Source of the DNA: Antedon mediterranea | Taxonomy: Eukaryota; Animalia; Echinodermata | Reading direction: 5' to 3' | Length of the DNA stretch: 64,000 nucleotides | Assembly: GCF_964355755.1 (NCBI RefSeq) | Contig: NC_092680.1 | Coordinates: 16,315,045-16,379,044, forward strand | The notes under the pieces: generated by a model | Seen by the model: the letters and a program-made list of their open reading frames with translations, nothing else | Databases searched by the model: none | Told to the model about the DNA's origin: nothing | In this document: piece after piece, positions 52,882-64,000 of the stretch | Layout of the letters: each line of letters begins with the position of its first letter | How positions within the stretch are numbered: the stretch's first letter is position 1 | Translations under genes and position numbers: made by a program

Positions 52882-55814
52882 TTTCTATTTCATTCAGTAG
52901 AAGAGTCTATTAACGGGTGGATTATGCCTATTCGTTGGTCAGTGTATTCCCTCGGCTTGGTATTTCTTAGAAATGACCAGAGCTAATATTTGATTAATAT
53001 GGAATTCCACAGTCAGTCCATTTTTTTTAAAGTTTATTGAATAACATTTTGTATTTTATTTTTCTGATCTTTAGGCCTAAGTAATATTTTATTTTACAAA
53101 TATATTTTGTAGTAGTATAATTCCCCGTACAGTCCAATGAATAATTAATGAGTTAGTTTGAATAATAATAGGCCTATTTGTATTTATTAGGGTATTTTTT
53201 ATATTTAAATTATTCTCGACAAAATGTTTCAGTGGGCATAATATAACGCAAACAAGTTTCACATCTGTATACGTGTAAACTCTGTAAATGTAATGATTGC
53301 TCACCTGCGATGAATGCAATAGAAGTTAAAAGTACGCGTTGTTTTGATTCATGAAAATGGTATAACGTCAACGTGTAAACAAATTAAAACATAGGTAACA
53401 CCTGTAATCGATTAACACAGAAATGCAGAGTTTGCAACGTTTCTGTATCATCACCATAACTGTGTCAAGAAGGTACCCGTAGGCATACAGTCAGTGTACG
53501 TTTACGTAACAAATGTTCATTCAGTAATGATTTAAAACTGCATCCTAATCTCAAACGGATCTCAAAACCATTATATCTTGTGAAGTTCCATCGATGGCTG
53601 AACTTATTGGTAAGCTAACTCGACCTTGCCGAAGGCTCACTATTTGTTTGTGAAAGCAGAATAGCAGATTTAACAATGGTTTCGCTAATAATTGTAAACG
53701 TTACTTCATATATAAGTACGCAGGAAATTGCACTGTCGTATGGCTATTTCGGGATGGGGTGTAACGAAACCTAAGACCACGAAAGCTAAGACCCCCTAAG
53801 ACCTAAGAAGATAACGAAAGCTAAGACCCAAGACCTGAGATTACAAATTCTAAAATATACTACAGCTTAAAAACAATAGGCCTACTTGTTTATCCATAAT
53901 TTTAAACATATATATGTTTTATTTATTACCATAAATATATAATTATATACTACCGCAAAACATAGATAAACTCACATTATTTTTGCCCGGTGAGTAATGT
54001 ATATTTTTTCTTTACACAACAAACAAACTTCACGGTTTTTTGTTGGTATATTTACTCCATTGTGTTGGTTCAGATGATGTTTTTCTTTCGCACCTGCCTT
54101 TTGTATTTTGAATTTTATCCTGAATACCACACTTTAAAATTAGGACTTATAAGTACTTTAAGAAGGAGAGACACATAAAAACAAATAAAAAAATTGATAA
54201 TTTTACAGACGTGTTTCTTTGTATACTGTAACTCCTCCACATGCTCAATGTTTTTGTTTCTATGGAGCGCCAAAAGAGCAACAATAATAGTACAAGTATA
54301 AAAACAGAAAGAAAACGAAAAAAAAAAAAACTTTTGAAATTAAAATTTATTTTCGAGTATTTATTCCTTTGTACTAGTATCGTAATATTATCATTACAAT
54401 TTTAATTTTACATTGTTCCATCCACACTGTAAAAAGATGGACTCCACAGAGTTTTCAGGCCTCTATATAATTTTTGCTCTTTTGACGTTCCATAGAAACA
54501 AAAAAATTGGACATGGGGTAGGCCTAGGTTAGTCAAGCGAAATTGTATTGTGTGCGAGAAAAACGTCTGTAAAATCATCAATTTAAAAATGTATTTTTTA
54601 CTTTTATGTGATTATTAGAATTATATAATGCTAGACATGTAGATTTGACCAAAATTGTCAGGCGTCAATTTTTTTTCGCTAGAGTCTACGTCTACGTCTA
54701 CGTTGTGACGTAGTTTACTCTTTTTGTACGCAATGATGTGTTTGCATATTTTCCACCTGTGAGTTGGTTTAAAATAGTTGTACAGTAGGGGAGTTCCGGG
54801 CAGGAGGTTGTGCACGATGGAAATAACGTGAACGGTACCGAGTAATTAAATGTGTTGCGTATTTATTGCTTGAGCATAACAAGAGCATAGTAGAAACTAC
54901 AACTGTGTAGGCTTCTATATTTATTATTTAATAAGCTTTAAAATTGGCCTTTGTTTATTAAAATTGGTTTATTATATGAAGAGTTATTATTGAAAACATA
55001 CGAGATACTTTTAACTCAGGAAATCTTCATTTTGAGAAAATCAACAACGAAGTAGCGACGCCGATTGGCCTAGCCTAGACCGCCGATCAACGCGACAAGA
55101 CGCTCTGTCAAAACTCGATATTTTCTTCTCAATAACGGCAAACTAGTCGAAAATGTATCACTATGTGGTACATAATATTATATTTTTAGTTATTTTTAAA
55201 AAAATATACGGATAAAAATAACGATTAACTTCCTAAATATTCACAAAATGTTTAAACGTTCATTCGAGAAACTACGATGGAAGACATGCTGATTCATCTT
55301 AAACAAAAGGGTCAGCCAGAGAGCGTAATTTATCTCTCTAGCCAATCACAATCAAAGATTCACAAATTCTTGTTAGAAATTTCAGCAACCTAACACCTTA
55401 ATAAACCAATTTCCATGGCTAGATTAAATAAGGTTAGGTTGTTAAAAATTATGGTAGCTGATATATTTTCGAACAGTTAGGTACCAAACATGACGTGATT
55501 CGGATTAGCGGTTTGTTTACAAAAGCGCCGTAAACAAAGTTGATTTTTGAGTGAACAAAGTTGATTTTTGAGTGAACAAAAATAGAGTTTCCTAATGATT
55601 TTCAATGGAAACGACTGCAAAAAAATACACATACTTGTGATATTTTTTATGAACAAGAGTTTGATATGTTAAAAATAAGTGTTTATAGTATCGTTTTTTA
55701 TTGAAATTTTAAAATGGATAGGTTAGGCCGTTTTCCACATTCTGAACTTCAAGGCTAAATATCTCAAAAGTGCGAGTTACGAATCTGCGTCGCTTTTGTG
55801 ATGCCAGGCCTCAT

Positions 55815-56497
55815 ATTCAGTTTCCATCTCTGCCAAAATTGATTGAACACGTCGTCATCTTCTTCTACAATACATGTCTTCTGACTGAAATTCTCCTGGA
55901 GGAGGAAGGAACACATTTGACTTCATTGTCAATAGATGATTTGGTGTAAGTGGCTCAGGAGATTTATCAACTGACAGTGACATATGGCTTGCTGTAGGAA
56001 CGTTGAACATCCACTCACATTGCTGTTCACGAAGATAATGTTCTATTTTTGTAAATTCATTATATGCACCAATAAAATTAGTACCTTGATCTGATCTCAT
56101 CTGTCTAAGCTAGCTGGACCTCTCGCATTCAAGAAACGTCGAATTGAATATATATATTTATACTGGGTAACCTCTTCAGTCAAAGACTGGTCTCCCAGAG
56201 GGCCCAGTTGGTGATCAGTGGCTGTAATGTACTAATACACCGGGGTAACCCCCTACTCGTCTCGAAAGATGTACTAGGTTCTTTAAAGTGCACACAAGCT
56301 AGATGTGTACACTGGACCTACGGTTTATAGTCCTTATCCGAGAAGACTCGTTCTACCACCAGAACCATGGAGTGAGTGAGCCTCGAACCCCTGCCGATGT
56401 TATGGCTACGTAATTACGGTTCCACTGTCTTAACCGCTCGGCCACTCACTCCCTTCTTAACCGCTCGGCCACTCACTCCCGAAGAGCATTAATAAAG
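55815..56497 (-). mobile_element. BEL/Pao retrotransposon integrase remnant, interrupted by a SINE and a Gypsy element
   Basis: FINALRRFLNARGP..RQMRSDQGTNFIGA..W.FNVPTASHM..EPLTPNHLL..RRR, typical of Pao integrase, with internal deletions. Confidence 0.85.
56143..56480 (-). mobile_element. tRNA-derived SINE with Deu/Nin-like central domain
   Basis: A box TGGCCGAGCGGTTAAG (head duplicated), B box GGTTCGAGGC, core GGATAAGGACTATAAACCGTAGGTCC...TTAAAGAACC...GAGTAGGGG, AT-rich tail. It splits the Pao codons CTT|CGA. Confidence 0.8.
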
Positions 56498-57080
56498 TGT
56501 AATATAATGTTGCGTTGTTGAGGTACTAATGAAAGACTCTAACTCGCTTGACTGTCCTAACACATATATTGTTTATTCAGTATAATACTTCAGTACAATA
56601 TACAACTATAAGTATAGATAAGGAACGGACGTCAATGATGCTGTCGGTGAGGTGTGAAGTGTGTAGGTCTGCTTCTGAAGAAGTGGCTGTGAGGTGTGTC
56701 TGGGCCCTTCTGAAACTTGGGAGTATATTGGCTCAGTTCATTTGCATATGTCAATTACGTAATCTGTGAGGGTAACGATTGGTCCTAAGTTGATCCAGGG
56801 GTGTTTAAGTGGGAGTGATTAACGGTATAATAAGGTATTTCTGTGATGGATGACACTGTCAAATCTGTACTTAAATAGTGTCAGTCACTCCTGGTTTAAC
56901 GATGGGAAAGTCACAAAATTAAGCTAAGTGTTTTCTTTAGGGACTCTATTATAAACTAAATGGTCATTAAAACATCTGGACAAACTCTCCTCTGGACTTT
57001 CTGGGTCAAGTTTGTGAACCTATTTAAATTCCGATACAGAGGTCGATTTCTTAAATATAACAGTATATCGTTATATTACA
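56498..57080 (-). repeat. 3' LTR of the Gypsy element (583 bp)
   Basis: TG...CA with 9-bp terminal IR TGTAATATA, directly preceded on the minus strand by PPT AAAAAAAGGGAAACAGAGGGA. Confidence 0.93.
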
Positions 57081-57938
57081 TCCCTCTGTTTCCCTTTTTT
57101 TTTCTAATCTATTTAACATATAAAAATGGTTATAATAGTGGCATGCAAAATTAAAGTTATATGAAAGGAAAAAACATTATTATACATATAAGCAAAAATT
57201 GAGTTAGCCAAAACCATTGACTCTGAAGTGTAACCTTATCACTTTCACTCTCTCTCTTCTCTCTCTTAAAAAAAATTAAAATTATAAAAATGAATTTGGT
57301 ATAAAATTCGCGTAAATCAAACATAAATTAGTTGAAAATAAAAATACAAAACTTAAAAATAGTATGTTACATTGAACATACATCAAATCGTGCGACAACT
57401 CATCGCGTTCTAATGGTCTTCAAACATAAATCATCAAATTAAAATATAAAACTCAAGAAACTGTGGCTGATTAGCCTAAAATCAAAATATCAAACTTAAT
57501 CACTTAAAACTTTAAAGAAACAAATGTGTGTGTCCCGTTGACACAAACTTATCCACAATATATCGTTATCGTCACAACTTTATCGATTTAAGCATTTATA
57601 TTCACAGGTAATTACGATTTCAATCAATCGACAAATTCGACTTTTGTACTCAATGTCAACAAAATTACAATTAAAAGTACTAAGAAAATCTCCTGTTATT
57701 GTATATCAATTAATTAATGCTTGAGATTAATGACTCAAAGGTTAAACAAAATATTTGTTACAAAATGATTGTCGTTCCTTTTAATATCTCAATATATCGA
57801 TCATTCAAAATTCAAAATTAATCATTATCAAACTCGTTACAAAATCAATACTTAAACATAAATTCAATTCTCTTTTAACTGAAATCACATTATTATTTAA
57901 CAAATCTCATCAAATACGTAGACTATGCTATCATTAAT

Positions 57939-60900
57939 TTAGCAAATGTCGTAATTAAAAAAAATTTCTTGCAAAAAATAACTTGTTGCATTATACAAAC
58001 GTTTTATGAATCGTTTTGGCGATCCACTTATCGGTATCTGTTTATCATTAATGATCTCTTTAATTAATTTATCTGTATTGTTATATCTGTCAATATTCCA
58101 CCAAAATTTGCGATCATTAGATTCTTGTTTTGTTTTATCAGTGTTGCGTTTGACTGAAGTCGGTTTAGAATACGAAACTAAAACTTGGAAATGTCCTGCT
58201 TTAAATCTACCTCGGTTTAATGTCATATTTGAATCATTAGGTGCTGTCATAATTAGATTAGTTTGTTCCTTTATTTGTTCTTCTTTCATTTGGAATGGGG
58301 CTGCTAATCCCATGTTATTCTCTACACAGTCAATGTAAGGTTGCAAGTTAAGGGGTTCTACTTTAGTTGGATGTGTAAGGGTATCTGATTGCAATTGGGC
58401 TGGTGTCCTATCATGTTCGTCTACAAATTCGACATTGGTTTCATCATTTACTACATTAATGGTGTTTTGGATTTTCTCGTTATTATCATCAGTTGGTTCA
58501 TTCAACAATTGTTTAAGTTTTTGGAGATGTGTAAAATTTTTGCGTTCTTTGGGTGTTCTCATAAAACAGGGTTTCAGTCTGTTATAATTGAATACGTCGC
58601 GAAGTATTTCTCCTTTAATCGTCGCTAGGATGTAGTGTGTTCTGTCTAGTACTTCATGAATTACTAATGGTCCGACCCATTCTGCGGCGATTTTCTTTGA
58701 ATTTGCTGTTAGTGATGATGATGTTGGCTTGTATAAATATACGAGTTGTCCTACTGAGTAAATTGGACTTTTTTCTAAGCGTTGGGAAATCTTTGAGTTT
58801 TGGACGTTTTGTTGTGTTCGCTGTAATTGTAGCATTGTCTGTGAAATGTTTTGAAATTTCTTCTTGAGATGTTCAAAGTATTCTTCATAGGAATGAGACA
58901 ATCCTGAAATAGGGTTAAATGCTAATGAGGTCAAACTTGGAGGTTGGCGGCCAAAAACTAATTCGTAAGGGGAGTGGTTTCCTAGATGTGGGGATGTAAA
59001 CGAGTTATAAGCATAACATGTTGTTGATACTGTAATATAACGATATACTGTTATATTTAAGAAATCGACCTCTGTATCGGAATTTAAATAGGTTCACAAA
59101 CTTGACCCAGAAAGTCCAAAGGAGAGTTTGTCCAGATATTTTAATGACCATTTAGTTTATAATAGAATCCCTAAAGAAAACACTTAGCTTAATTTTGTGA
59201 CTTTCCCATCGTTAAACCAGGAGTGATCGACACTATTTAAGTACAGATTTGACAGTGTCATCCATCACAGAAATACCCTATTATACCGTTATTCACTCCC
59301 ACTTAAACACCCCTGGATCAACTTAGGACCAATCGTTACCCTCACAGATTACGTAATTGACATATGCTAATGAACTGAACCAATATACCCCCAAGTTTCA
59401 GACGGGCCCAGACACACCTTACAGCCACCTCACGGAGCACACACCTCACAGCCACTTCTTCAGAAGCAGACTACCACACTTCACACCTCACCGACAGCAT
59501 CATTGATCCTCCGCGTTCCTTATCTATACTTATAGTTGTATATTGTACTGAAGTATTATACTGAATAAACAATATAGTGTTACGACAGTCAAGCGAGTTA
59601 GAGTCTTTCATTAGTACCTCAACAACCCAAACACTATATTACAATACAAATCTAACCCAATCTGTTCCGAATTGGTTAAGGTTGACCTTTAACAGGTCCG
59701 ATACGGTGCGGATATGACGTTCAACTTGTAAACTACCGTGATTGTGGACGCTGATGATTTTCCTATCAATATTAAGGGTGTTACATAATAGTGTTAATAA
59801 TTTTCCTGTAAGGGAGGTTGCTGCATCTGAAATAAGACGAGATGGGGGTCCAAAAATACTGATGACCTTTTGAATTAGTGCTTCACAAATTGTTTCGGCA
59901 TCAATGGATTTCAAAGGTACACAAATCAAAAATCTAGTTATCTCATCACATACTACCATAATATGTTTAAAACCTGAAGGTGAAGTTGGCATACTCTTAA
60001 AATCTAGACTGAGTGTATGAAAGGGACGGTAAGTTGCTGGTACTCGATCGTGTAAAGGACGTAATTTATCGGTTTTGGGACGAAATTGTTGACATCTAAG
60101 ACACGCTTGGGTATAATTGTTGACTTTCTCGAACATAAGGGGCATGTAAAATAATTTCCTAATAGTAAGGTAAGTACGCATCGTACCTTGGTGGCTACTT
60201 AACAAATTGTCGTGATACTGAGAAATAACAGTCTCTGCTAAGTTTTCAGGAACAGCTAATTGCAATACAAATTCTCCACCTTTATCTTGGAAAAATAAAC
60301 GGAATAGTAAACCGTTGCACAATATGTACTGCTCTGACTTATTCTGAACTGCACGAGCTGCTTTCTTATCAGCTGGAAGGATATCATGAGCTAAATAATC
60401 GTAAACTGGCTTAAAAAATGGTGAAGTTTCTTGTTCAACACGTAATTGTTTAACATCTACTGGGAGGTTATAATCTCTAATTATCTTTCTTTGAATAACA
60501 TCCATTAATCTATCTAAGTCTTGTTGTTTTGGGATGTGTGCTGACTTAAATTCAGTTATGTTTGGTACTAGTGGTTTGGGCAATGTATACAATTCAACTG
60601 GTACATTTCGATGTGTAGTATCTTTGCTTTGCTTATTTTTGTCTACTAGTCGTTCCTCTGGAGGTTGTCGAATGTTTACATTACGTATTGGGGGTGGCGT
60701 TACGATAGGTGGCGTTATGATAGGCGGTGATCGATGTGCTGCGGTGATCGATGTTTGTTGTCTCGTGATTATCTGTGGTGTAGCGGTAGGTTGAGGTGTA
60801 GGTCGCGTGTTTGGTGTCACTGGGTTTTGATTAATGACGGGCGTTTGTACTGGTTTGGGTTTATGTAGGTCAGGTATATTTATTCCCATTTGCTTGGCGT

Positions 60901-63229
60901 ATGACCTTGTTACTGGTCTGCTAGTAGATGTGTTTGTAATCGGGTTACGAGATTCAGTCTCTGTTATATTAAATGCAATGGGTACAACTTGATCGATTTC
61001 GGAATCGTCATCACGAGGGGCTCGGGAGAGAAAATCTGCTAAAACTAATTCAGTTCCTTTCTTATAACCAATTTGGAAAATGTATCCGGACAATCGTAAT
61101 ATTAGTTTCTGTAAACGGGGTGTACATGGCTGATCTTTTGAATTCCAAATTTGTACAATTGCTGAGTGGTCTACGAATGCATCAAATTCGCAACCCTTTA
61201 GTAAATGTCGAAATGCTGAAACGTTAATGTAAAGTCCAAATAACTCTAATTCTGTGACGCTATATCGTTGACAGGCTTGTGGTAAGATTTTGGAATAATA
61301 ACCTATTATGTGTTCTTTACCGTTTACTGTTTGTGTTAAATATGAACCTGTTGCGGTTCTTGAAGTGTCGCTATATAGCGTAAATCTACCTTCTTTTCTA
61401 GGCATTTGAAGAGTTGGTGGTTTAACCATTAATTGTTGTTTAATTTCGTCAAATGCTTTCTGGTGTTCAGTAGACCAACAAAATTTTCGGCGTTTGCTTG
61501 CGAGTGTGTGTAACGGACGTAAAATTGATTGTATTTGAGGGAAAAAATGGGATACATAATTTACTGCACCAATAAATCGTTTAGTTTCTTTATGGGTTCG
61601 TGGGACTGGCAAATTTCGGATAGCTGCACACCTGTCGCCTAATGGTGTTATACATGCGTGTCCTGAAGAATTAATCAGGATGGTGTGTCCCATATATTGC
61701 ACTTTATTCTTGAATAACTTGCATTTCTTTGGGCAAATTCTAAAACCATTTAATTGTAGGGCTTGTAAAACGGAAACAAGGTGCTGCTTATGAGCAAATT
61801 TGTCTTGGCTAAATAAAATAATATCATCATGATGGGCGATACAGAATTCTCTAGAATTTGGGATTTCATTTAAAATTTCGTCAATCTTTGCTTGAAATAT
61901 ACCTGGCGAAACGTTTAATCCTTTTGCTAATCTCTTATAATAATAATGCTTTCCACCATGATATGAAGCTATACCTGTATATTGTTGGGCATGTTCGGCT
62001 AATGGTACACAGTGGAACGCTGATTTCAAATCAATTACGCTAAGAATCTGTGCATTAGCGTTACCTATTGTTTTCAGAGTTTCGGCTAATAATGGGAATG
62101 GGTGATTAATACGTTTTATCCTGGAATTTAGATAGCGAAAGTCTGTGACAACTCTTTTATCTTTTGAATTTTTCTTTGAAACAAGAAGGACAGGGGAAGT
62201 ATACGATTGGTGTCCTACATAACTGCTAAGATTCCTAATTTGACTAATTTGTTCAATTCGGCCTCAATAACATGTTTGTCTTTGTCTGTCGCGAAGTATG
62301 GTCGAATAAAAAATGGTTCATCGTTAGAGAGGTGTATGTCAGCTTTGAAGTTTGGGCAGCTAGATAGTTCACCATAAAGTGAAAATGCGTTTCTGTTTTG
62401 TTGTAAGGTTTTATACAAATCTTCTTTTTCTCTATGTGTTAAAACGCTGTCTGTTAAATCAACTTGTTTTCTAATTATTTCTTCCTCGGTTAAAGATAGC
62501 AATGGGTCTGTACGTTCTAAATGTGGGTACTTGTTTGCGTTGTCATTGGTCAACTTTATTCTATCAATTGGTAGGTCGTTAGTAACTGTTACAAGGTTGG
62601 TTAAGTGAAGGCTCGCGATAGGTTGATGTGTATTTAGAGATACGTTTCTGTTTGTGTTGTTAGTGATATCAATGTTGGTTTCTCCTCTATGTAATTTTAC
62701 TAACATATCTGATGGACAAAGTTTTGAAATATTGGTGGTTGCATGTAGAACAACATCGGAATTGCGTACGAAGGCAGGAACCCTTCCTTTTAATTTAACT
62801 GTTTTGGTATCACCGGGTTTAAGAAAAATCTTGTGTACAGGACGAAAGCTAAAAATCTTTGGTCTAATGCGAAATGTGTTTTCCTTAAAATTTAAAGTAC
62901 CGTCGAGTTCAGACAATGTTTCGGTTCCAAGTATCAGGTCAATACCTGTCAAATTTTTAACGATTAATGCTGAAATTTTAAATTTGTGTCCTTGGATAAA
63001 TAATTCGAATTGCACTAAGTGGTTGGCATATAAGAAGTCACGACTCACCGTTACCTAATCGAAATTTAGTTGTGTTCACTTTAACTGGCTTTAAACGCGA
63101 TAAATAAAGTGAGGAATTAACGTACGATTGCGAGATTATAGTTCTAGTTGAACCACTGTCAAATAAAGTTAAAACATTTCTACCATCTGGTAAATTTCCT
63201 TTAACGTAATTTCTGTCGTTAAGTAACAA
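57939..63229 (-). pseudogene. pol: Gypsy pol (protease, RT, RNase H, integrase), disrupted
   Basis: Protease LFDSGS; RT LDLKSAF...HHDD; RNase H LYSDTS..YSVTELE..DH..ADFLSR; integrase HHCC, D-D-E and WVGPL. Frameshifts near 63045 and 62220, solo-LTR insertion at 59031-59643. Confidence 0.93.
59031..59643 (+). mobile_element. Solo LTR of the same Gypsy family, inserted antisense into the integrase
   Basis: Inverted near-identical copy of 56498-57080 with about 30 extra bp. TG...CA ends, 4-bp TSD ATAC (59027-59030, 59644-59647), AATAAA near 59564. Removing it restores ...WVRFVSTTCYAYNSF...SPYELVFGR. Confidence 0.95.
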
Positions 63230-63320
63230 ATCAATATTATCTGAATTCCCTAAGTATTTTGCCTTAAAATTGTCGTATTTAGTATGGGGGCCAGATTATA
63301 GGCGGCATCTAGTCCCCTTT

Positions 63321-64000
63321 TTAAAAATCCTGCTGGTGGCTAGGGTAGTAATTGTTTGACTGTTGGTATGGGTATGGCGGGGGATAGTTTCCGTAAGAGC
63401 GGTTTTGTTGTCGGCAGTGCCTTGCTATGTGGCCTGGTTTCCCGCAGTAATAACAGGTTGGGGGAGGTTGTCTATATCTTGGGGTCGGTGGGGTCTGGAA
63501 TCGGGGTTTGTATGGGCTTGGGCTTCGGTTTCGTCTTGGGATATAATTTCGGGTGGGGGAACGTGAGCGTCGAGTATCATCATTAAGGGATCGTTTTGTT
63601 GTGGCCATGTCTAACTTGAGAGAATTTATCTCATGTTGGAGCGATTCGAGACTATTATCTGTTTCCTTATTGATATTGAATGAAACTTCCCGTGTGGCAT
63701 CATCTACGGAAAGGTCAAGGTAATTTTGTGTGCTATTTACGATATTTTCAATAGTGGCATCGATTGGGGTGGACATGGCTACAGCTGCTCTACATTTTGG
63801 TGGAAGGGTCGAAATAAATTTATTCTTTATCTGCTGGTCAGCGTATCCAATTCTGTCTGCGGCTTGTTTGATTTTGGTTAAGTGCTTTTCGGCGTTGTCG
63901 CCAGTGGTGTATGTAATTGAATCGTATTCTCTTATGTGCGCATAGATTGATTTGTTTTTACTAAACCTGTTGAAGAATTGGGTTTTTAAGGATTCCAGTG
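63321..64000 (-). CDS. gag: Gypsy gag, C-terminal part, with zinc knuckle
   Basis: Frame is open from the window edge (LESLKTQFFNRF...) to TAA at 63321. Contains CYYCGKPGHIARHC and an RS-rich segment. Confidence 0.88.
   Translation of the reverse strand, partial: LESLKTQFFNRFSKNKSIYAHIREYDSITYTTGDNAEKHLTKIKQAADRIGYADQQIKNKFISTLPPKCRAAVAMSTPIDATIENIVNSTQNYLDLSVDDATREVSFNINKETDNSLESLQHEINSLKLDMATTKRSLNDDTRRSRSPTRNYIPRRNRSPSPYKPRFQTPPTPRYRQPPPTCYYCGKPGHIARHCRQQNRSYGNYPPPYPYQQSNNYYPSHQQDF

Larger units (their letters stand above)
56498..64000 (-). mobile_element. Ty3/Gypsy LTR retrotransposon, decayed; 5' end outside the window
   Basis: gag with CCHC, then PR-RT-RH-IN order, polypurine tract at 57081-57103 and 3' LTR at 56498-57080. 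Confidence 0.95.

Noticed and set aside
56498-59643. Inverted LTR pair read as the TIRs of a DIRS-like or DNA element
   Set aside because: The PPT next to the left copy, the 4-bp TSD around the right copy and the restorable integrase frame show a 3' LTR plus a nested solo LTR.
58006-63945. + strand ORFs over the Gypsy element
   Set aside because: Antisense shadows of gag and pol with no recognisable motifs. No env-like ORF was found in 57104-57938.

Overview
AT-rich, intron-containing animal genomic DNA, probably a marine invertebrate (inferred from the repeat repertoire, including a Deu/Nin-domain SINE). The only intact host genes I can support are two tandem + strand paralogues of an SLC17/sialin-like MFS anion transporter. 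I reconstructed 10 coding exons for each by hand: 14990-23236 (464 aa) and 45410-52881 (465 aa). They lie in a segmental duplication. An older inverted copy of their upstream region and a candidate first exon suggest a third, head-to-head paralogue left of the window. The rest is heavily nested mobile DNA: Helentron-associated (HINE/DINE-like) elements, Mutator-, P-, Kolobok-, Harbinger- and Academ-like non-autonomous elements, a 5'-truncated RTE LINE, a CR1/L2 tail, a tRNA-SINE, Polinton and BEL/Pao fossils, minisatellites, and a decayed Ty3/Gypsy element running off the right edge. Most notable: (1) a large excess of TAGGCCTA, which paralogous comparisons show to be 6-bp GGCCTA insertions at TA sites, i.e. 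a recurrent footprint-like mutational signature; (2) SLC17 paralogues that differ at predicted substrate-pocket positions; (3) a Gypsy element disrupted by an antisense solo LTR of its own family and carrying an HHDD RT motif. All counts and alignments were made by eye; no database searches were run.
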